This document shows, one piece after another, positions 52,374-63,415 of a stretch of DNA of 64,000 nucleotides. The position numbers were made by a program, and so were the translations under genes. The notes below the pieces were generated by a model that was not told the DNA's origin, did no database searches, and saw nothing but the letters and a program-made list of their open reading frames with translations. How positions within the stretch are numbered: position 1 is the stretch's first letter; each line of letters opens with the position of its first letter. Where the stretch lies: NCBI GenBank assembly GCA_963708025.1, contig CAVPSB010000028.1:40331-104330 (forward strand), read 5' to 3'. Source of the DNA: an uncultured Candidatus Rokubacteria bacterium (GTDB lineage Bacteria > Methylomirabilota > Methylomirabilia > Rokubacteriales > DASRDR01).

Positions 52374-54366
52374 CTACTTCATCATCAGGCTGACCTGGCG
52401 GTCGAACGCCTGATCCGCCTCCACCTTCACCTTGTAGCGGCTCCGGGCCGTGTCGAGGATCGTCTTCGCGAACTGCGGGTGGTCGCGGAGGACGCGGTTG
52501 AAGTCGGCCTTGTCGAGCACGAACAGCTCGCAGTAGGTCGCGGCCCGGACCGACGCGTTGCGCGGCTCGGACAGGAGCAGGCCGATCTCGCCGAAGAAGC
52601 TCCCCTCGCCGAGGTGGGCGAGGACCCGGCCGTCGGCGCCCACCACGTCCACCTCGCCCTTGACCAGGACGTACATCTCGTTGCCCATGTCGCCCTCCCG
52701 GATGACCACCTCGCCCGGCGCGGCCACGACCGGCTTCAGCGCCAGCGCCAGCTGGTGCCGGAAGACCTCGTCAGTCCCCTGGAAGAGCGGCACCGTGTCG
52801 AGGACGTCGCGGTTGACGACCTCCAGCCACTTCCGGCCGTCCCGCTCGATGAGGTCGAACGACGGCCTTGGGTCCCCAGGACCCGGCGGGGTAGTTGGGG
52901 AACTCGTCCGCGGGCGTGGCGGCCCAGAAGTCGAGGAGCGGCTGGGCGACCCGCCAGGCGGTCTCGACCAGGTCGCTCCGGGAGAAGAGCATCGCGTCGC
53001 CCTGCATGCAGCTGTAGAGCATCACCTCGTAGCCGGTGGCGCGGGACGCCTCGAACGACTCCCGGTAGTCGAAGCGCATGTTGACCTTCTGGAGGCTCAT
53101 CGACGGCCCCGGGTTCTTGGCCTGGAAGCGCAGCTCGATGCCCTGGTCGGGCTGGATGTGGAAGATGAGCTGGTTCGAGTCGAGCCGGGGGACGCCGGGG
53201 AGGTCGCGGAAGATCACCTCCGGCGCCTTCTTGAACTGGACCAGGATCTCGGTGCCGCGGCTCCACAGGGCCTTGCCCGAGCGCAGGTAGATCGGCACGC
53301 CCTCCCAGCGCCAGTTGTCGATGAAGAGCTTGAGGGCGGCGAAGGTCTCGGTCCGCGACTGGGGGTCGACGTCCGCCTCCTGGCGGTAGCCGACCGTCTC
53401 CTTCCCGTCGGCCTTCTTGCCCGGGCCGTACTGGCCGCGGACGGTCAGCTTCCGGACGTCCTCGGGCTGCATGATCCGCACGGCGTCGAGCACCTTCGCC
53501 TTCTCGTTGCGGATGGCGTCGGGCTTGAAGGAGGTCGGCGGCTCCATGCAGAGGTAGGCCAGCATCTGGAACATGTGGTTCTGGATCATGTCCCGGAGGA
53601 CGCCCGACCGCTCGTAGTACTTGCCCCGCCCCTCGACCCCGACCGTCTCGGCGACCGTGATCTGGATGTGGTCGACGTGGTCCTTGTTCCAGAGCGGCTC
53701 GAAGATCCCGTTCGAGAAGCGGAAGGCCAGGAGGTTCTGGACCGTCTCCTTCCCGAGGTAGTGGTCGATCCGGTAGATCTGCTCCTCGTTCCAGTGGGCG
53801 AGCATCGTCCGGTTCAGCTCGATGGCCGAGGCCAGGTCGTGGCCGAACGGCTTCTCGACGATCACCCGGCGCCAGCCGCGCTCGCTCTTGTTGCCGCCGA
53901 CCTGGGCCAGGTTCTCCGAGATCAGCCCGAAGACCACGGGCGGCGTCGCGAAGTAGAAGAGGACGTTGCCCTCGGTGTGCCACTCGGTGCCCAGGCGCTC
54001 GACCAGCTCGCTCAGGCGCTCGAAGACCTTGGGGTCGTCGAAGCGCCCGGGCATGTAGTGGAAGCGGGGGACGAGGTCCCGCCACACCGCCTCGTCGAAC
54101 TGCTTCCGCGTCGAGAACTGCTTGATGTCCTTCGACATCTTCTCGCGGAACTGCTCGGTCGTGAACTCGTCCAGGCTCACCCCGATCAGGCAGAAGCCCT
54201 TCGGCAGGAGCCCGTCACAGGCGAGGTTGTAGAGCGCGGGCATGAGCAGCCGCTTCGTGAGGTCGCCCGACGCTCCGAAGATGACCATGGTGCAGGGCTG
54301 GCCAGGCGCCTCCCTCAGCGCGGCGCTCTGGTCCATCGTCGTCGTGATCCGAGTCTCCTCGGCCAT
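52374..54366 (-). CDS. zwf: Glucose-6-phosphate 1-dehydrogenase with probable C-terminal cNMP-binding domain; +1 frameshift near 52863
   Basis: GASGDL, EKPFG, RIDHYLGKE and WRWEGVP; the downstream frame continues FDLIERDGRKW...VPLF...FFGEIGLL..PRNASVRA. Confidence 0.9.
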
Positions 54367-54564
54367 GGGGTCCCTCCTCGGTGGGATGTTGACGCATCAT
54401 CGCGGGTTCCGGGCCCGCGGTCAAGCCCGGGGCGGCCGACCGCCGGACCGCACCGCCCGACCGCCTTCTTGCGGGCGGCCCGCGCCTCGGTTAACCTGTC
54501 CCCGCCCTCGGGACGGGCGTCGTCTCGCCGCGGAAATGACGCGACAGAGCCACGGAGAGCCTCC

Positions 54565-57082
54565 ATGAGCACGCTGCCCGAACGCGCGAGTGTCGTGGTG
54601 ATCGGCGCGGGGATCGTCGGCAACAGCCTCGCCTATCATCTGGCCCGCCTCGGCTGGAAGGACATCGTCCTGCTGGACAAGGGTCCGATGCCGAGCCCGG
54701 GCGGGTCCACCGGGCACGCCTCGAACTTCATCTATCCGGTGGATCACTCGAAGGAGATGACGCTCTTCACCCAGGAGAGCGTGCGACAGTACCGGGCCCT
54801 CGGCGTCTTCACCCAGAGCGGCGGGGTGGAGGTGGCCCGGACCCCGGAGCGCCTGGACGAGCTGAAGCGGCGGCTCGCCTCGGCCAAGGCCTGGGGCGAG
54901 CCGGCCGAGCTGCTCACGCCGGCCGAGGTCCAGGCCCGGGTCCCGTTCCTCGACCCGAAGGTCATCCTCGGCGGCTTCTTCTGCCCCGGCGTCGGCGTGG
55001 TGGACTCCCTGCGCGCCGGCACGCTGATGCGCGAGCAGGCCCAGGCGCAGGGCGCGCTCACGGTCGTCCCCAACACGGAGATCCTGGGGATCGACGTCGA
55101 GAAGGGCCGGGTGCGGGGCGTGCGCACCAGCCGCGGCGCCATCCGGGCGGACGCGGTCGCGATCTGCTGCGGCGTCTGGAGCCCGCGCATCGCCCGCATG
55201 GCCGGGGCGTCGATCCCGCTGACCCCGGCCGTCCACCAGATGATCGACGTGGGGCCGGTGCCGCTGTTCGCCACGACCACCGGCGAGATCGAGTACCCGA
55301 TCGTCCGCGACATGGACACCAACATGTACGAGCGCCAGCACGGGGCCGAGCTGGAGATCGGCTCCTACGCCCACCGGCCGATCCTGGTCGACCCCGACGA
55401 CATCCCCTCGCTGGAGGCGTCGGCCCTGTCGCCGACCCAGCTCCCCTTCACCAAGGAGGACTTCGATCCCCAGATGGAGCAGGCGCTCGAGCTGATGCCG
55501 GACATCCTCGGCGACGAGAGCGTCGGGATCCGCCTGGCCATCAACGGGCTGCTCTCGTTGACGCCGGACGGCTCCCCGATCCTCGGCGAGACCCCCGAGG
55601 TGCGCGGGCTGTGGTCGGCCGCCGCCATCTGGATCAAGGAGGCGCCGGGCATCGCCAAGACGGTGGCGGAGTGGATGACCGGCGGGGTGCCGGAGATCGA
55701 TCCCCACGGCTCCGACGTCGCCCGCTTCTACCCGCACGCGCGGACCCGGACGCACGTCCACGCGCGCACCGCCGAGGGCTACAACAAGACCTACGGCATC
55801 GTGCACCCCGCCGAGCAGTGGGCCTCCAACCGGAACGTGCGCCTGAGCCCCTTCCACGCGCGCGAGCAGGCGCTGGGGGCGGTGTTCTTCGAGACGGCCG
55901 GCTGGGAGCGCCCGCACTGGTACGAGTCGAACCGGACGCTGCTCGCCGGGTACGGCGAGCGCGCCCGGCCGCGGCCCGCCGAGTGGGACGCCCGCTGGTG
56001 GTCCCCCATCATCAACGCCGAGCACCTGGCCATGCGCGACCGGGTCGGGATGGTCGACCTCACCGCCTTCGCCGTGTTCGACGTCGCGGGGCCCGGGGCC
56101 CTCGACTACGTGCAGCGCCTGCTCGTCGCCCAGGCCGACGTCCCCGTCGGCCGCGTGGTGTACACGCCGCTCCTGAACGAGCACGGCGGGCATGAAGGCC
56201 GACCTGACCGTCCTCCGGCTCGGCGACGCCCACTTCCGGATCGTCACCGGCGGCGGCCTCGGGATGGTGGACCGGAAGTGGTTCGTCGACCACCTCCCGC
56301 CCGACGGCTCGGTCCAGCTCGCCGACCTGACCTCCGCCTGGTGCACGGTCGGCGTGTGGGGGCCGCGGGCGCGGCAACTGGTCCAGTCGGTCACCGCCGA
56401 CGACGTCTCCCACGCCGGCTTCCCGTTCGCCACCTGCCGGGAGATCACCCTGGGGCCGGTCCGCGCCCTCGCCTCCCGGATCTCCTACGTGGGCGAGCTG
56501 GGCTGGGAGCTGTACGCGCCCATGGAGGAGGGCCAGCGGCTCTGGGACCTCCTGTGGGACGCCGGCCAGCCGCTCGGCGTCGTCCCGGTCGGCATCGGCG
56601 TCTACGGCACCACCGGGCGTCTCGAGAAGGGGTTCCGCGCGTACGGCAACGAGCTCGAGCAGGAGTACACCCTGGTCGAGGCGGGGATGGCCCGGCCGAC
56701 GGTCAAGCCCCAGGCGTTCATCGGCAAGGAGGCGTACCTCCGGCAGCGGGCCGAGCCTCCGGTGGCCGTGCTCTGCACGCTGACCGTCGACAGCCACGTC
56801 GCCGCGTCCGGGGTCCCCCGCTACATGCTGGGGCGGGAGCCGATCGTGACGCCGGACGGCGCGCCGCTCGTCGACCGGAAGGGCCGGCGGTCCTACGTGA
56901 CCAGCGCCGGTGCCGGTCCCTCCGTGGGCAAGTACCTCCTGATGGGCTACCTCCCGCCGGACCAGGCGAAGGTCGGCACGCGCCTGGCCGTCGAGTACTT
57001 CGGCGACCGCTACCCGGTCACCGTCGCCGTGGCGGGGAGCACGCCCCTCTTCGACCCCGACAACCGCCGCATGAAGCAGTGA
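54565..57082 (+). CDS. GcvT-family FAD-dependent dehydrogenase (dimethylglycine/sarcosine dehydrogenase-like); +1 frameshift near 56190
   Basis: IGAGIVG, GSTGHA, TPDG.P, GWERP.W, SYVGELGWE, RLEKG and FDPDN. Confidence 0.88.
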
Positions 57083-57829
57083 ACGTCCTCGTCTGCGTGA
57101 AGCGCGTCCCGGCCGCGGCCGGGAAGATCACCCTCACCGCCGGACCAGCAGGAGATCGACACCCGCCACCTCGCGTTCACGATCAGCCCCCACGAGGAGT
57201 GCGCCGTGGAGGAGGCGGTCCGGCTGGTCGCGGCCCACGGCGGCAGCAGCACCGTCCTCACGCTGGGACCCGAGGCCGCCACCGAGCAGCTCCGCGACGC
57301 CATGGCGATCGGGATCGAGCGGGCCGTGCTGCTCGAGACCGACGGTCGGGAGTGGGACCCGATGGCGACCGCGACGGCGATCGTGGACGCGATCCGCGGC
57401 CAGGCGTTCGACCTCCTCTTCTTCGGCAACGAGGCCGCCGACACCGGCGACTACCAGGTCGGCATCCGGGTGGCGCACGCCCTCGACCTCCCCTGCGTGA
57501 CCGGGGTGAAGGGCATCGAGATCCGGGACGGCCGCGTGGTCGCCCGGCGGGAGGCCGCGGGCGGCTGGGAGATCTTCGAGGTGCCGCTGCCGGCGGTGCT
57601 GACCGTCAAGGAAGGGCTCAACCTCCCGCGCTACCCGTCGCTCCCCGGGCGGCTCCGCGCCAAGAAGAAGGCGATCGAGACGATCCGCCCGCAGCCCGTC
57701 GAGGGCGGTCTCACGAAGGTGCGCCTCCTGCCCGCGAAGGAGCGGGGCAGCCAGGTGGAGGTCCTGGGCCGCGGGGCCACCGCCGCCCCCCGGGCAGTCG
57801 ACCTCCTCCGCACCCTGGGCCTCCTCTGA
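57079..57829 (+). CDS. etfB: Electron transfer flavoprotein beta subunit; +1 frameshift near 57140
   Basis: VLVCVKRVP, SPHEECAVEEA, GNEAADTG and N.PRYPSL. Confidence 0.88.
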
Positions 57830-57852
57830 GGATGCGCGGGCTGCGATCGTCC

Positions 57853-57897
57853 ACTCCCTCTCCCTCCCGGAGGGAGGGAGAGGGTGGGGTGAGGGTG
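57853..57897. repeat. REP-like hairpin between etfB and etfA
   Basis: CCCTCTCCCTCCC...GGGAGGGAGAGGG stem followed by TGGGGTGAGGG. Confidence 0.5.
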
Positions 57898-57921
57898 GGT
57901 CCAAGAACACGGGTCCAAGGC

Positions 57922-58896
57922 ATGATCCTGGGCCTGATCGAGCACGACCGCGGCATGCTGAACGAGCGGTCACTCGAGATGCTCACGCTCGCCCGGCGCC
58001 TCGCCCAGCGCATCGGCGTCCCGCTCCACGCGGTCCTCGTCGGCCACGAGGCCCGGCCGCTCGCCGCGCCGCTCGCGGCGTACGGGGTGTCGGCCGCGCA
58101 CCTCGTGGAGCACGAGCGGCTCGGCGACTACGCGCCGGGCGCCTGGGCCCGGAGCGTCATGGCGGTCATGGAGGCCGAGCGCGCCCAGGCGGTCCTGGCC
58201 TCGGGGACCGAGCGCGGCAACGAGGTGCTGGCCCACGTCGCGGCGCGGACCGGGCTCCCGATGGCCGCGAACTGCATCGAGGTCGAGCCTGGCGAGTCCT
58301 GGCTGGTCACGCGGCTCCGCTGGGGCGGGAGCCTCCTGGAGGAGGCCCGGCTCACCGGGGCGGTGAAGCTCCTGACACTGGCCCCGCACGCCATCCCGGC
58401 CGAGGAGGCCCCGGCGGCCGGCGAGGTCACGATCAAGTCCCTCACGCCCTCCTTCACCGACGCCGACCTCCGGGTCCGGGTGACCGGGCGGATCGACGCG
58501 GCCCGCGGCGGCGTCTCGCTGACGGACGCCCGCATCGTGGTCAGCGGCGGCCGCGGCGTCGGCAGCCCCGAGGGCTTCAAGGTCCTCGAGGAGCTGGCCG
58601 GGCTCCTCGGCGCCGCCGTCGGGTGCTCGCGGGTCGCCACCAGCCTCGGCTGGCGCCCGCACGCCGACCAGGTCGGCCAGACCGGCACCCGGGTCGCCCC
58701 CGAGCTCTACATCGCCTGCGGGGTGAGCGGCGCCATCCAGCACCTGGTCGGGTGCAAGGGCGCCAAGCGCATCCTGGCCATCAACACCGACCCCGAGGCG
58801 CCCATCGTCGTCAAGGCCGACTACGCCATCATCGGCGACCTCCACGCCGTCCTCCCCGCCCTGATCGCCGAGATCCGCAAGGCCCGGGGCGCCTGA
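57922..58896 (+). CDS. etfA: Electron transfer flavoprotein alpha subunit
   Basis: VSGGRG, QVGQTG, GVSGAIQH and INTDPEAPI. Confidence 0.93.
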   Translation: MILGLIEHDRGMLNERSLEMLTLARRLAQRIGVPLHAVLVGHEARPLAAPLAAYGVSAAHLVEHERLGDYAPGAWARSVMAVMEAERAQAVLASGTERGNEVLAHVAARTGLPMAANCIEVEPGESWLVTRLRWGGSLLEEARLTGAVKLLTLAPHAIPAEEAPAAGEVTIKSLTPSFTDADLRVRVTGRIDAARGGVSLTDARIVVSGGRGVGSPEGFKVLEELAGLLGAAVGCSRVATSLGWRPHADQVGQTGTRVAPELYIACGVSGAIQHLVGCKGAKRILAINTDPEAPIVVKADYAIIGDLHAVLPALIAEIRKARGA

Positions 58897-58909
58897 CCCC
58901 GGACCTCGT
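58767..58909 (+). repeat. Direct repeat, copy 1 (etfA 3' end plus 13 nt)
   Basis: Recurs at 63167-63290. Confidence 0.95.
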
Positions 58910-59030
58910 CGGCCGTTTCCCACGAGCTACCATCCCCGCACGCCCGAGACGTCAACCCTTTGCGATCATTGCGGTGTCCGGCGCGGTCGCGCTACACTCC
59001 AGCCACTCCGGGGGCGGGCAACCCGCGTGA

Positions 59031-59211
59031 CGGGAAGAGGGCTTTGGAGGGCCCAGGTTCCTCGAACACGTCGTGAGCCGCGCGGCAACCCGCCTCGGTT
59101 GCACCAGGGTGACCGTACGGCTGACTGTCCGGCGCGGCACTCGCTCGTTCAGCCCACTTCACCGAGGTGGCCACGCGCCACCTGGGTGCGCCGGTCGCGC
59201 CGCTGTTCCCG
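59031..59211 (+). ncRNA. Candidate structured ncRNA (6S-like rod)
   Basis: Promoter-like TTGCGG-N18-TACACT at 58969-58998; nested stems CGGGAA/TTCCCG, CCCAGGT/ACCTGGG, GAAC/GTTC and GCCGCGC/GCGCGGC; no convincing ORF. Confidence 0.3.
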
Positions 59212-59215
59212 GGCT

Positions 59216-60145
59216 TCAGCGCTCCGACCGGCGCGTGGCCCGGGGTCCTGGGCTAACAAACGCCCTCGCCCGGCATTCCGCGATGAGCCGGGCCGCGAAG
59301 CGGCCGGCCGCGGCGCCGCGGCGGAACCCAGGCCGGTGCACCAGCGTGACCGGCAGCGCCGGCACCGCCGCCCGCTCCCACCGGACCCGGCCCCGATCCA
59401 GCTCCGCCAGGGCGAGCGCGGGGGCCAGGCCCACCCCCAGTCCTCCCGAGACGTAGGCGAGCAGGAGCGACACGCTCGGCACGTCGATGGTGGAGGTGGG
59501 CTGGATGCGCTCGCGCGTCAGGTAGTCCTCCAGCAGCCGCCGGCCCTGGCTGCCGACGCCGAGTCGGAGCAGGGGCTCACGGGCGAGGCCGTCGGACAGG
59601 GGCACGCGCCTCCCGGGCCGTCGGGGCCCGACCCAGACAAAGGGCTGATCGAAGAGCCGCTCGGCCTCGAGCCCGCGCGGGATCTCCTGGCCGGTGACCA
59701 CCGCGCAATCCACCTCGCCGAGCCCCACCAGGCGGACGCCCTCGCGCGAGTGGGTGGTGGCGATCTCGAATCGCAGCGGCACCCGCTCTTCCAGGAGCTC
59801 GCGCAGCACCGGCACCAGCAGGGCCTTGCCGAGGTAGTCACTGACCGCGACGCGCAGAGTCGCGGGTGGGCGACCGGACAGCTCGGCCAGGTGGGCGAAG
59901 AGGGCCTCCGTCTCGGTGCCGAGCTTCAGGATGCCGGGCAGGGCGGCCTCGCCCGCCGCGGTGAGCCGGACGCCGCGGCCCGCCCGCTCGAGGAAGGTCA
60001 CGCCGAGATGGCGCTCGAGCTTCCGGATCTGCTGGCTGATCGCGGAGGAGGTGCGATGGTGCAGCCGCGCCGCCGCCCCCACCGAGCCGCTGCGCGCGAC
60101 AGTGAGGAGGCTCAGCAGGGCCGGGAGAAGGGCGGCGTCGATCAT
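59216..60145 (-). CDS. LysR-family transcriptional regulator, divergent from leuCD
   Basis: [21 protein letters not shown]...F.R.GR...LT.AG; TAAGAT lies 6 nt before the ATG. Confidence 0.9.
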   Translation of the reverse strand: MIDAALLPALLSLLTVARSGSVGAAARLHHRTSSAISQQIRKLERHLGVTFLERAGRGVRLTAAGEAALPGILKLGTETEALFAHLAELSGRPPATLRVAVSDYLGKALLVPVLRELLEERVPLRFEIATTHSREGVRLVGLGEVDCAVVTGQEIPRGLEAERLFDQPFVWVGPRRPGRRVPLSDGLAREPLLRLGVGSQGRRLLEDYLTRERIQPTSTIDVPSVSLLLAYVSGGLGVGLAPALALAELDRGRVRWERAAVPALPVTLVHRPGFRRGAAAGRFAARLIAECRARAFVSPGPRATRRSER

Positions 60146-60245
60146 TAGCAGATCTTACGGGACCGGCAAGAATATTTCACTATACTTAACGCTCTGCCGG
60201 CGGCACACTCAACGGGCCGGCTGCTCACCGGCCACGGAGGAGACG

Positions 60246-61649
60246 ATGGCGTCAACCCTACTCGACAAGGTCTGGGATGCTCACACGGTGCGCACGCTGC
60301 CCTCGGGGCAGACGCAGCTCCTGATCGGGCTCCATCTCATCCACGAGGTCACCTCGCCCCAGGCCTTCCAGGCCCTGCAGGAGCTCAAGCTGCCGGTCCG
60401 GATGCCGGGGCGGACCTTCGCGACGCTCGATCACATCATCCCGACCACCGCCCAGCAGCGGCCGTTCGCGGACGAGGTGGCGGAGGAGATGGCGGTGCAT
60501 CTCACCCGCAATTCGGAAAAGAGCGGGGTGTCGTTCTTCGGCCTCGACAGCGGCCGGCAGGGCATCGTGCACGTGATCGGACCCGAGCTCGGGCTGACCC
60601 AGCCGGGCATGACCATCGCCTGCGGGGATAGCCACACCGCGACCCACGGCGCGGTCGGGGCCATCGCGTTCGGCATCGGCACCAGCCAGGTGCGCGACGT
60701 CCTGGCCACCCAGTGCCTGGCCATGGCCAAGCCCAAGCTCCGCCAGGTGCGGGTGGACGGCGCGCTCTCCAAGGGCGTCTACGCCAAGGACGTCATCCTG
60801 GCGATCATCCGCACCCTGGGCGTCAACGGGGGCGTGGGCTACGCCTACGAGTACGCGGGGACGGTGGTGGACCGGATGACGATGGAGGAGCGGCTCACGC
60901 TCTGCAACATGTCGATCGAAGGCGGCGCCCGCTCCGGCTACGTCAACCCGGACCAGACCACCTTCGAGTACCTGCGCGGCCGCCCGTACGCGCCGCAGGG
61001 CACGGCGTTCGACCGCGCGGTGACGTGGTGGAAGAGCATGGCGTCCGACGCCGACGCTTCCTGCGACGACGTCAAGCGGCTCGACGGCACCGCCATTCCG
61101 CCGATGGTGACCTGGGGCATCAACCCGGGGCAATCGGTCGGCGTGAGCGAGCGCATCCCGTCACCCGAGTCGGCGCCGGAGCCGGAGCGCGCCACCTACC
61201 GCGAGGGCCTGGCCCACATGGGCTTCGCGGCCGGCCAGCCCATCGCGGGCGCCAAGATCGACGTCGTGTTCATCGGCTCCTGCACGAACTCGCGGATCTC
61301 GGACCTGCGCGTGGCCGCCGCGGTGGCCAAGGGCAACCGGGTGGCCAAGGGCGTGCGGGCGATCGTGGTGCCGGGCTCGCAGCTGGTGGCCAAGGCCGCG
61401 GAGGCCGAGGGGCTCCACGAGGTCTTCCGCGAGGCGGGCTTCGAGTGGCGGAACGCGGGCTGCTCGATGTGCCTGGGCATGAACGACGACAAGCTGCGGG
61501 GACGCGAGATGAGCGCGTCCACCAGCAACCGCAACTTCATCGGGCGCCAGGGCAGCCCCACCGGCCGCACCCTGCTGATGAGCCCGGCCATGGCCGCGGC
61601 GGCCGCGCTCCACGGTGCGGTCACCGACGTGCGGGAGATGATGCGATGA
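60246..61649 (+). CDS. leuC: 3-isopropylmalate dehydratase large subunit
   Basis: [29 protein letters not shown] and STSNRNF.GRQG. Confidence 0.95.
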   Translation: MASTLLDKVWDAHTVRTLPSGQTQLLIGLHLIHEVTSPQAFQALQELKLPVRMPGRTFATLDHIIPTTAQQRPFADEVAEEMAVHLTRNSEKSGVSFFGLDSGRQGIVHVIGPELGLTQPGMTIACGDSHTATHGAVGAIAFGIGTSQVRDVLATQCLAMAKPKLRQVRVDGALSKGVYAKDVILAIIRTLGVNGGVGYAYEYAGTVVDRMTMEERLTLCNMSIEGGARSGYVNPDQTTFEYLRGRPYAPQGTAFDRAVTWWKSMASDADASCDDVKRLDGTAIPPMVTWGINPGQSVGVSERIPSPESAPEPERATYREGLAHMGFAAGQPIAGAKIDVVFIGSCTNSRISDLRVAAAVAKGNRVAKGVRAIVVPGSQLVAKAAEAEGLHEVFREAGFEWRNAGCSMCLGMNDDKLRGREMSASTSNRNFIGRQGSPTGRTLLMSPAMAAAAALHGAVTDVREMMR

Positions 61650-62239
61650 GCGACAGCGCACGGCGGCAGGTCGCGGGGCGCGGCATCCCGATCCCCGGCA
61701 ACGACATCGACACCGATCGGATCATCCCGGCGCGGTTCCTCAAGACGGTCACCAACGAGGGCCTGGGGCTCCACGCCTTCGAGGACGCGCGCAAGCACGA
61801 TCCCGAGCACCCGTTCAACCAGAAGGCCTATCAAGGCGCCTCGGTGCTGGTGGCGGGCATGAACTTCGGCTGCGGGTCCTCGCGTGAGCATGCCCCGGAA
61901 TCGCTCAAGCAGTGGGGCATCAAGGCCATCGTGGGCGGCTCCTTCGCCGAGATCTTCTTCGGCAACTGCACCATGCTCGGCATCCCGTGTCTCTCCATCT
62001 CCCAGGACGACGTGCTGTGGCTGCAGCGCGCGGTCGGTCGCGATCCGAAGCAGGCGGTCACGGTGGACGTGGAGCGGCAGGAGGTGCGGGTCGGCGATCG
62101 CGTCATCCCGGCCCGGATCGCCGACGGCGCGCGCAACCAGCTCGTCTCCGGGGCGTGGAACGCCACCGGCGTGCTGCTGGACGCGGGCGACGCCATCGAG
62201 GCCACCGCGGGCCGCCTGCCGTACGTCAAGGGCTTCTGA
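61646..62239 (+). CDS. leuD: 3-isopropylmalate dehydratase small subunit
   Basis: [25 protein letters not shown] and SFAEIFFGN. Confidence 0.95.
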   Translation: MSDSARRQVAGRGIPIPGNDIDTDRIIPARFLKTVTNEGLGLHAFEDARKHDPEHPFNQKAYQGASVLVAGMNFGCGSSREHAPESLKQWGIKAIVGGSFAEIFFGNCTMLGIPCLSISQDDVLWLQRAVGRDPKQAVTVDVERQEVRVGDRVIPARIADGARNQLVSGAWNATGVLLDAGDAIEATAGRLPYVKGF

Positions 62240-62256
62240 TCCGGGCAGAGCTCTCG

Positions 62257-63150
62257 GTGCCGACCATCCGCACGCCGACCCTCGAGATCGGCTACCAGGA
62301 GTGGGGGGAGGCGACGGGCGCGCCGGTCGTCCTCCTCCACGGTTTCCCCGACGACGCGCACGCCTGGGACGGGGTGGCTCCGCCGCTCGCCGCCCGCGGC
62401 TGCCGGGTCCTCGCGCCCTACCTGCGCGGCTACGGGCCCACGCACTTCCTCGACGCGGGCGCGCCGCGCATGGCGCAGCAGGCCGCGATCGGCCAGGACC
62501 TGGTGGACTTCATGGACGCGCTCGGGATCGCGCGGGCCGCGCTGGCCGGCTACGACTGGGGCGGCCGCGCGGCCTGCATCGCGGCCATCCTGGCGCCCGC
62601 GCGCGTGCGCGCCCTGGTCACCATCGGCGGCTACAACGTCCAGAACACCATCGCGCCGCCGGTGCCCGCCTCGGCGCTGCAGGAACGGGCCAACTGGTAC
62701 CAGTGGTACTTCAACACCGAGCGCGGGAAGCTCGGGCTCGAGCGGAACCGCCGCGAGATCTGCCGGCTGCTCTGGCGCGACTGGTCGCCGGGCTGGCGCT
62801 TCGACGACACGACCTTCGAGGAGGCGGCAGCCGCCTTCGACAACCCCGACTTCGTCCCGGTGGTGATCCACTCCTACCGGCACCGCCATCGCAATGCGCC
62901 GGGCGAGCCGCGCTTCGACGCGATCGAGCGCCGCCTCGCCGAGCGGCCACGCATCGAGGTGCCGAGCGTGATCCTGCACGGTCGCGACGACGGGGTGGAC
63001 CCCCCGCGGCGCTCCGAGAAGCACCCCGCCATGTTCCCGGACGGGACCGAGCGGCGCGTGATCCCGGACGCCGGCCACTTCCTCCCCCGCGAGCAGCCCG
63101 CCGCGGTCGTGGACGCGCTGCTTCCCCTGCTGGCCCGGACCGCGCGGTAG
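62257..63150 (+). CDS. Alpha/beta hydrolase (epoxide hydrolase-like)
   Basis: LLHGFP, LRGYG, GYDWGG (Asp nucleophile) and GHF. Confidence 0.9.
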   Translation: MPTIRTPTLEIGYQEWGEATGAPVVLLHGFPDDAHAWDGVAPPLAARGCRVLAPYLRGYGPTHFLDAGAPRMAQQAAIGQDLVDFMDALGIARAALAGYDWGGRAACIAAILAPARVRALVTIGGYNVQNTIAPPVPASALQERANWYQWYFNTERGKLGLERNRREICRLLWRDWSPGWRFDDTTFEEAAAAFDNPDFVPVVIHSYRHRHRNAPGEPRFDAIERRLAERPRIEVPSVILHGRDDGVDPPRRSEKHPAMFPDGTERRVIPDAGHFLPREQPAAVVDALLPLLARTAR

Positions 63151-63166
63151 CCTATGTGGTTCCTGC

Positions 63167-63290
63167 GCGCATCCTGGCCATCAACACCGACCCCGAGGCG
63201 CCCATGCCATCATCGGTGACCTCCACGCCGTCCTCCCGGCCCTGATCGCCGAGATCCGCAAGGCCCGGGGCGCCTGACCCCGGACCTCGT
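63167..63290 (+). repeat. Direct repeat, copy 2 (degenerate etfA 3' fragment)
   Basis: Matches 58767-58909 except for a 19-bp deletion and 2 substitutions. Confidence 0.95.
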
Positions 63291-63415
63291 AGTCGTTGCA
63301 AGGAGCGAAAGGCAGGCGAAGAGGAGCGTGGTTCTCATGGGCGAGAACTGTGCCCGTCCCATGTGATGCGCGCAGCATCGCCGCCGGACTGCGGCGCGGC
63401 CCTATCGGACTGTCG

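Noticed and set aside
52558-58896. 2112-aa ORF on the + strand
   Set aside because: It is an artefact: the antisense shadow of zwf runs into the GcvT frame, then through out-of-frame sequence into etfA. Real starts are at 54565, 57079 and 57922.
59010-59105. Resemblance to a tmRNA 5' end (GGGGGCG...GACGGG) or to group II intron domain V (GAGCCG...CGGTT)
   Set aside because: There is no T-arm/CCA 3' end or tag ORF, the DV-like stem is too short, and no reverse transcriptase is nearby.
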